Assembly (NCBI GenBank): GCA_049969675.1
Contig: JBMFOP010000094.1
Location: 1-11,908, forward strand
DNA from: Myxococcota bacterium
GTDB lineage: Bacteria > Myxococcota > SpSt-1050
Direction of reading: 5' to 3'
DNA: 11,908 bases
This document shows positions 8,287 through 11,908 of this stretch, one piece after another. A model generated the notes under the pieces. The model did not search any database. It was not told where the DNA came from and saw only the letters and a program-made list of their open reading frames with translations. Position 1 is the first letter of the stretch. Each line of letters starts with the position of its first letter. The translations under genes and the position numbers were made by a program.

Positions 8287-8380
8287 GGAGAGATGTCCGA
8301 GTGGCTTAAGGAGCACGATTGGAAATCGTGTGTGTGGACTAAAATTCACACCGTGGGTTCAAATCCCACTCTCTCCGCCA
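8287..8380 (+). tRNA. tRNA-Ser (anticodon GGA)
   Basis: Acceptor stem GGAGAGA/TCTCTCC plus GCCA, anticodon arm CACGA-TT-GGA-AA-TCGTG (anticodon 8321-8323), long variable arm, T-loop GGTTCAAATCC. Confidence 0.97.
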
Positions 8381-8388
8381 TTTATTAT

Positions 8389-8483
8389 GGCCGGGCCCTG
8401 CGCGACGTGAGAATTACAAACCCCGTCAGGTCCGGAAGGAAGCAGCGGTAGTAATATCTCCGGGTGCCGCAGTAAGCCTGGCC
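8389..8483 (+). ncRNA. ffs: Small bacterial signal recognition particle RNA (4.5S)
   Basis: Helix-8 core GTCAGGTCCGGAAGGAAGCAGC (8425-8446). The ends GGCCGGGC/GCCTGGCC pair. It occupies the usual position upstream of dnaX. Confidence 0.96.
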
Positions 8484-8522
8484 TTCTTTATATCTGTTTT
8501 TGGTCAAATTGTTTAATTCATT

Positions 8523-10136
8523 ATGACTTATCTGGTATTTGCAAGAAAATATAGACCGCTTAATTTTGATGAGATTGTAGGTCAACAGCATATTGTCAGG
8601 ACCTTAAAGAATTCCATTTTAAATAATAGACTTCATCACGCCTTTATTTTTTCTGGACCAAGGGGGGTCGGGAAGACCACAACCGCTCGAATACTTGCAA
8701 AGTGCCTGAACTGTGAGACAGGGATAACTGTTACGCCCTGTAATAAATGTACTATTTGCAACGAAATTACAAATGGTTCTTCAATGGATGTACAGGAGAT
8801 AGATGCGGCGAGTCATACAGGGGTGGATAATATACGAGATATTATTGAGAAGGTTGCGTATACACCGATTAAGGCGAGATATAAGGTCTATATTATAGAT
8901 GAGGCTCATATGCTCTCAAAGGCGGCATTTAATGCATTATTAAAGACCCTTGAAGAGCCACCTCCTCATGTAAAATTTGTATTTGCAACGACCGAGCCAA
9001 ACAAGATTATTCCTACAATTACCTCACGATGTCAGAGATTTGATTTTAAGAGGGTAGAGAATGTTGATATAGTGAATCACCTTGAGGGGCTTTTAAAAAA
9101 GGAGAAGATTAAATATACACGTTCAGCCCTGTCTGTCATTGCGCGTGAGGCTCACGGTTCTGTTAGAGATTCCCTATCTATTCTGGAGCATATAGTCTCC
9201 TTTTCAACAGGCGATGTGAATGAAGAGGCGATTACAAGGGCACTTGGACTTATCAGCAGGGCTACTATTCTGAAGTTATTTAAATATATTCTACAGAAAG
9301 AGGGTGCAAAGGCAGTTGAAATAATTGATGAATCATATATGGCCGGTTTTGATCTTCAACTGCTATTTAATGAGTTGCTCTCGCTTACACGAAATGTTTT
9401 ACTGTTTAAGATCGGGCAGGGGAAGATTATTTATAATGACCTATCCGAAGAGGAGATTGAGGAGCTCAGACCATATATCAGTCAGCTCACTACTCAGGGT
9501 CTGCATATGCTCTTTGATATTTTTCTCAATGCGTCGGAGGAGATTTTAAGGAGTGAGCATGCACTATTTACCGCTGAGATTGCAGTTCTCAAGGCAATAT
9601 CCGTCTCTTCTCTGAGACCTCTTGAAGATATAATTCAGAGATTTGAGAATTTAGAAAGGAGTATTATTTCAAAAGGGATTTCTTTTGATAAGACCGGCAA
9701 CTTGCCTCCTCAAAGAAAGAAGCCAGAAATTAATCTTGAACAACCGGAAATATGGCTCAGGATTATAGATGAGGTAAAGAAGAGAGGGAAGATTTCTCTT
9801 GCGAGTATTCTGGAGGATGGTGTCTTTATATCTATAGATGAGAATAAAATAAAGATAGGGTTCAAGGGGGAGATTCAGCTCGCCTCTATACGGGATAAGA
9901 AGAATACAGACTTTATTAAACAGATAATAAAAGAGGTCTATCATAAAGATATAGAGATTGTAATTCAGGACCTCTCTATTCAGGATAAAACGGCTACCTC
10001 TGTGAGTGAAGAGATAGCAAAAAAAAAATCTGAATCCGAGCAACAGGAATTAGATGAGATGATGCGGCACCCGGTGGTGCAGACAGCAATCCAGATATTT
10101 AATGCCAGAGTTGTAGAGAATAAGGAAAAGAAGTAA
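8523..10136 (+). CDS. dnaX: DNA polymerase III subunit tau/gamma
   Basis: ARKYRP, Walker A GPRGVGKTT, Zn module CLNC...PCNKCTIC, EIDAAS, Walker B IIDEAHML, AFNALLKTLEEPP, SRCQRF, GSVRDSLS, and a C-terminal HPVVQTAIQIFNARV helix. Confidence 0.98.
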   Translation: MTYLVFARKYRPLNFDEIVGQQHIVRTLKNSILNNRLHHAFIFSGPRGVGKTTTARILAKCLNCETGITVTPCNKCTICNEITNGSSMDVQEIDAASHTGVDNIRDIIEKVAYTPIKARYKVYIIDEAHMLSKAAFNALLKTLEEPPPHVKFVFATTEPNKIIPTITSRCQRFDFKRVENVDIVNHLEGLLKKEKIKYTRSALSVIAREAHGSVRDSLSILEHIVSFSTGDVNEEAITRALGLISRATILKLFKYILQKEGAKAVEIIDESYMAGFDLQLLFNELLSLTRNVLLFKIGQGKIIYNDLSEEEIEELRPYISQLTTQGLHMLFDIFLNASEEILRSEHALFTAEIAVLKAISVSSLRPLEDIIQRFENLERSIISKGISFDKTGNLPPQRKKPEINLEQPEIWLRIIDEVKKRGKISLASILEDGVFISIDENKIKIGFKGEIQLASIRDKKNTDFIKQIIKEVYHKDIEIVIQDLSIQDKTATSVSEEIAKKKSESEQQELDEMMRHPVVQTAIQIFNARVVENKEKK

Positions 10137-10726
10137 TGCAGTTTGATGAGAACATTGAGAGGGCATTATCTGTCATAAAGAGATTGCCTTTGGTCACCAA
10201 TCGTACGGCACAGAAGATTCTTTTCTTCCTCTTAAAAAACCGTCAGACATATACAAAAGAGCTCATATCTGTTCTGGAGAGACTCACCTCTATCGGAGAA
10301 TGTCGTATCTGCAATATGCCTACCTCAAATGAGATATGTGAAATATGTGCATCTCCAAAGAGGAATAATGAATTAATTATTGTTGAGGATTTCGCTGACC
10401 TCGCTGCTATTGAGCAGATGGGTGAATATAATGGAAAATATTATCTTTTAAATATGCGATTGGATATAAAGAGTGGGGTAGGTCCGGAGAATCTAAATCT
10501 TGAAAGGCTAATTGAGAATATCAAAGAGCAAAATATAAGAGATGTAATCTTTGCATTTGATCAGAGCCCTGAGATGGAGGCAACAAAACTACTGATAATT
10601 GAAAAACTACAGCCTCTTAATATCAATATGTATAATATCGCTGTTGGAATGCCTTTTGGTTCAGAGCTTGAGTATGCGGATAAAAGGACAGTAAGATATG
10701 CTCTTCAGAATAAGGTAAAAATATAG
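10136..10726 (+). CDS. recR: Recombination mediator RecR (divergent)
   Basis: C4 zinc finger CRIC...ICEIC, Toprim IIVED, YNGKYYLL, and GMPFGSELEYAD C-terminus. TAATG stop/start overlap with dnaX and conserved dnaX-recR synteny. Confidence 0.92.
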   Translation: MQFDENIERALSVIKRLPLVTNRTAQKILFFLLKNRQTYTKELISVLERLTSIGECRICNMPTSNEICEICASPKRNNELIIVEDFADLAAIEQMGEYNGKYYLLNMRLDIKSGVGPENLNLERLIENIKEQNIRDVIFAFDQSPEMEATKLLIIEKLQPLNINMYNIAVGMPFGSELEYADKRTVRYALQNKVKI

Positions 10727-11032
10727 TAAAACCTCTTTGATGTCTAAGATACCTGAACTTTTAATCACTAAATTCCGATTTTTAAAATATATAGGGGTGG
10801 TTTTCTCTGATCTGTTTGGGTATATCAATATCTATCCAGTTGGTTTGTACCATTGTCTTTCATTAATTATTTAAGTTTATTGGCACATTAAAGTGCTATA
10901 TTCAGATATGTCTTGTATTTCTTCTATGTTTTAATGCCCAATGTGGAAATTCTGGGCTCATAACCTCATTACTGTATTCACACTACATTCAAAACCTTGA
11001 TAAAAATTAATCCTATACCGGTGGGAATATAT

Positions 11033-11470
11033 CACTGCTGTCCAGAATAATCTGCTTTGAGAAGTTAACTATTTGTAAAATAAGGATTCTATATTTTCAA
11101 AACCAGATTATAACAATTCTCTTCATAATCAATTAAAAGGCTGTCCAACTTAAGTAAGGGCTAATAATCATTAGCCCCTACAATGGTTACATCTGGCACA
11201 TCTGGTGGGGTCTTTAGGGATTTATTCATTCCTAAAAATTCTTGTATGGTAACCCCCATTAGAAACATATTGCTACTAATTGCACTCAACAACTGAAATC
11301 ACTTTGCTCCCTCATCAACTTTCGTCTCTCTTACCACTTTATAAAACATATTCATAAGCAATATTTGTAAAATTTTCTAAGACTTAGTGCGATTTATATT
11401 CATATAAATCCTTCTCTTCAATATTCAATATCTAAGAGGTCTAAATTAAAATTTATACTGGACAGATGTG
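11033..11470 (-). mobile_element. Non-autonomous IS4-family element (MITE-like, 438 bp), copy B, with TIRs and 9-bp TSD
   Basis: Terminal inverted repeats CACTGCTGTCCAGAATAA (11033-11050) and CACATCTGTCCAGTATAA (reverse complement of 11453-11470) are 15/18 identical. Flanking direct repeats GGAATATAT (11024-11032) and GAAATATAT (11471-11479) are 8/9 identical. An RBS (AAGGA) and ATG at 11403 open a broken frame ...ILQILLMNMFYKVVRETKVDEGAK*F/SC*VQLVA (DUF4372-like). A reading frame ends YSGQQ* across the right TIR. Confidence 0.82.
11154..11181 (-). repeat. GTAG-type REP-like palindrome
   Basis: Minus strand GTAGGGGCTAAT-GATT-ATTAGCCCTTAC: a 12-bp stem with one G-T pair, a 4-nt loop and a 5' GTAG tetranucleotide. 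Confidence 0.6.
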
Positions 11471-11491
11471 GAAATATATAGAAAAAATTTC

Positions 11492-11908
11492 TTATCTATC
11501 TATAAGGAAACCCTTTGCGGTGCAGGAGGCTGTATAAGGACCATAGCAGCCATCCCAATAATCATAGTATGTGCAGGTAGATGAGAGCGAGAGTTGTCCG
11601 ATACAGGTGCTACCACAATAATATATATCTCCAAGTCTAGGGCATTCATATACCGTAATTCCCTGTGTTGCCTTAATTCTACCATTGACTGTGAGCATCT
11701 GGTCCGGGGCTGTGGTTCCAATCCCAACTTTGCCGTCTGCATTTATTACCATCTTTGTTCCATTAGTACTTCTATGAAATCTCAATTGCCCTGAGCCCTT
11801 TGTCCCGACTACATCTATATTCCAGGAGTTGGTGCTCTCACCTGATGTATATGTATCTGTATCATTTAAAACCAGTTGTCCACCTTCAGATAAATCTCCT
11901 CTGATTGT
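11492..11908 (-). CDS. C-terminal part of a fibre/adhesin-like protein with a GKVGIGTTxP repeat and Cys-rich terminal domain (partial, starts beyond the window)
   Basis: The frame is open from 11908 to the stop at 11492 (138 aa: TIRGDLSEGGQLVLND...SWNIDV...LRFHR...KMVINADGKVGIGTTAPDQMLTVNGRIKA, then a ~55-aa domain with 6 Cys). The listed TTG start at 11785 is internal. Confidence 0.8.
   Translation of the reverse strand, partial: TIRGDLSEGGQLVLNDTDTYTSGESTNSWNIDVVGTKGSGQLRFHRSTNGTKMVINADGKVGIGTTAPDQMLTVNGRIKATQGITVYECPRLGDIYYCGSTCIGQLSLSSTCTYYDYWDGCYGPYTASCTAKGFLIDR

Noticed and set aside
8184..8380. Direct repeats GGAGAGATGTCCGAG and TCTCTCCGCCA as possible att sites or CRISPR repeats
   Set aside because: They are the shared ends of two complete tRNA-Ser genes. 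There is no integrase, no third copy and no regularly spaced array in the window.
8088..8591. Five short ORFs over the tRNA/ffs cluster
   Set aside because: Artefacts of GC-rich structural RNA genes.
9095..9101. In-frame A_AAA_AAG heptamer in dnaX (the E. coli dnaX slippery sequence) with GAGGGG upstream
   Set aside because: It lies at about codon 192. A -1 shift would stop within a few codons and cut the AAA+ core before the collar domain, so it cannot give a functional gamma. No stimulatory hairpin was seen.
10941..10950. ATGTGGAAAT repeated at 11466-11475 as an alternative target-site duplication
   Set aside because: The second copy overlaps the TIR itself, and the TIR pair with a 9-bp TSD at 11024/11471 explains the boundaries better. 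It may be another small end fragment.
11492..11660. Tyr-rich, NNY-codon-rich fibre tip as a DGR variable region
   Set aside because: No template repeat or reverse transcriptase is present in the window, so this cannot be supported here.
1462..11794. Antisense or alternate-frame ORFs 1462-1734, 6548-6784, 6897-7133, 9325-9549, 9669-10043, 11500-11742, 11594-11794
   Set aside because: They lie within well-supported genes and show no motifs, so they are shadow ORFs.

Overview
Low-GC bacterial core-genome region, probably deltaproteobacterial/Myxococcota-like (inferred from gene content). In order: probable 3' end of smpB, a small DUF2892/YgaP membrane protein, a mutL-miaA-ogt operon (-), an SDR/epimerase-like plus acyltransferase pair (+), a convergent alpha/beta hydrolase, tRNA-Ser(CGA), tRNA-Ser(GGA), SRP RNA (ffs), dnaX, recR, and the C-terminus of a GKVGIGTTxP fibre-like protein with a Cys-rich tip. 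All four large intergenic gaps carry decayed, internally deleted copies of one IS4-family (DUF4372-type) element. The best copy (11033-11470) keeps 18-bp imperfect terminal inverted repeats, a 9-bp target-site duplication and a GTAG-type REP-like hairpin. dnaX has an A10 run with early stops in both shifted frames, a candidate tau/gamma slippage site. All alignments were done by eye and no database searches were run.
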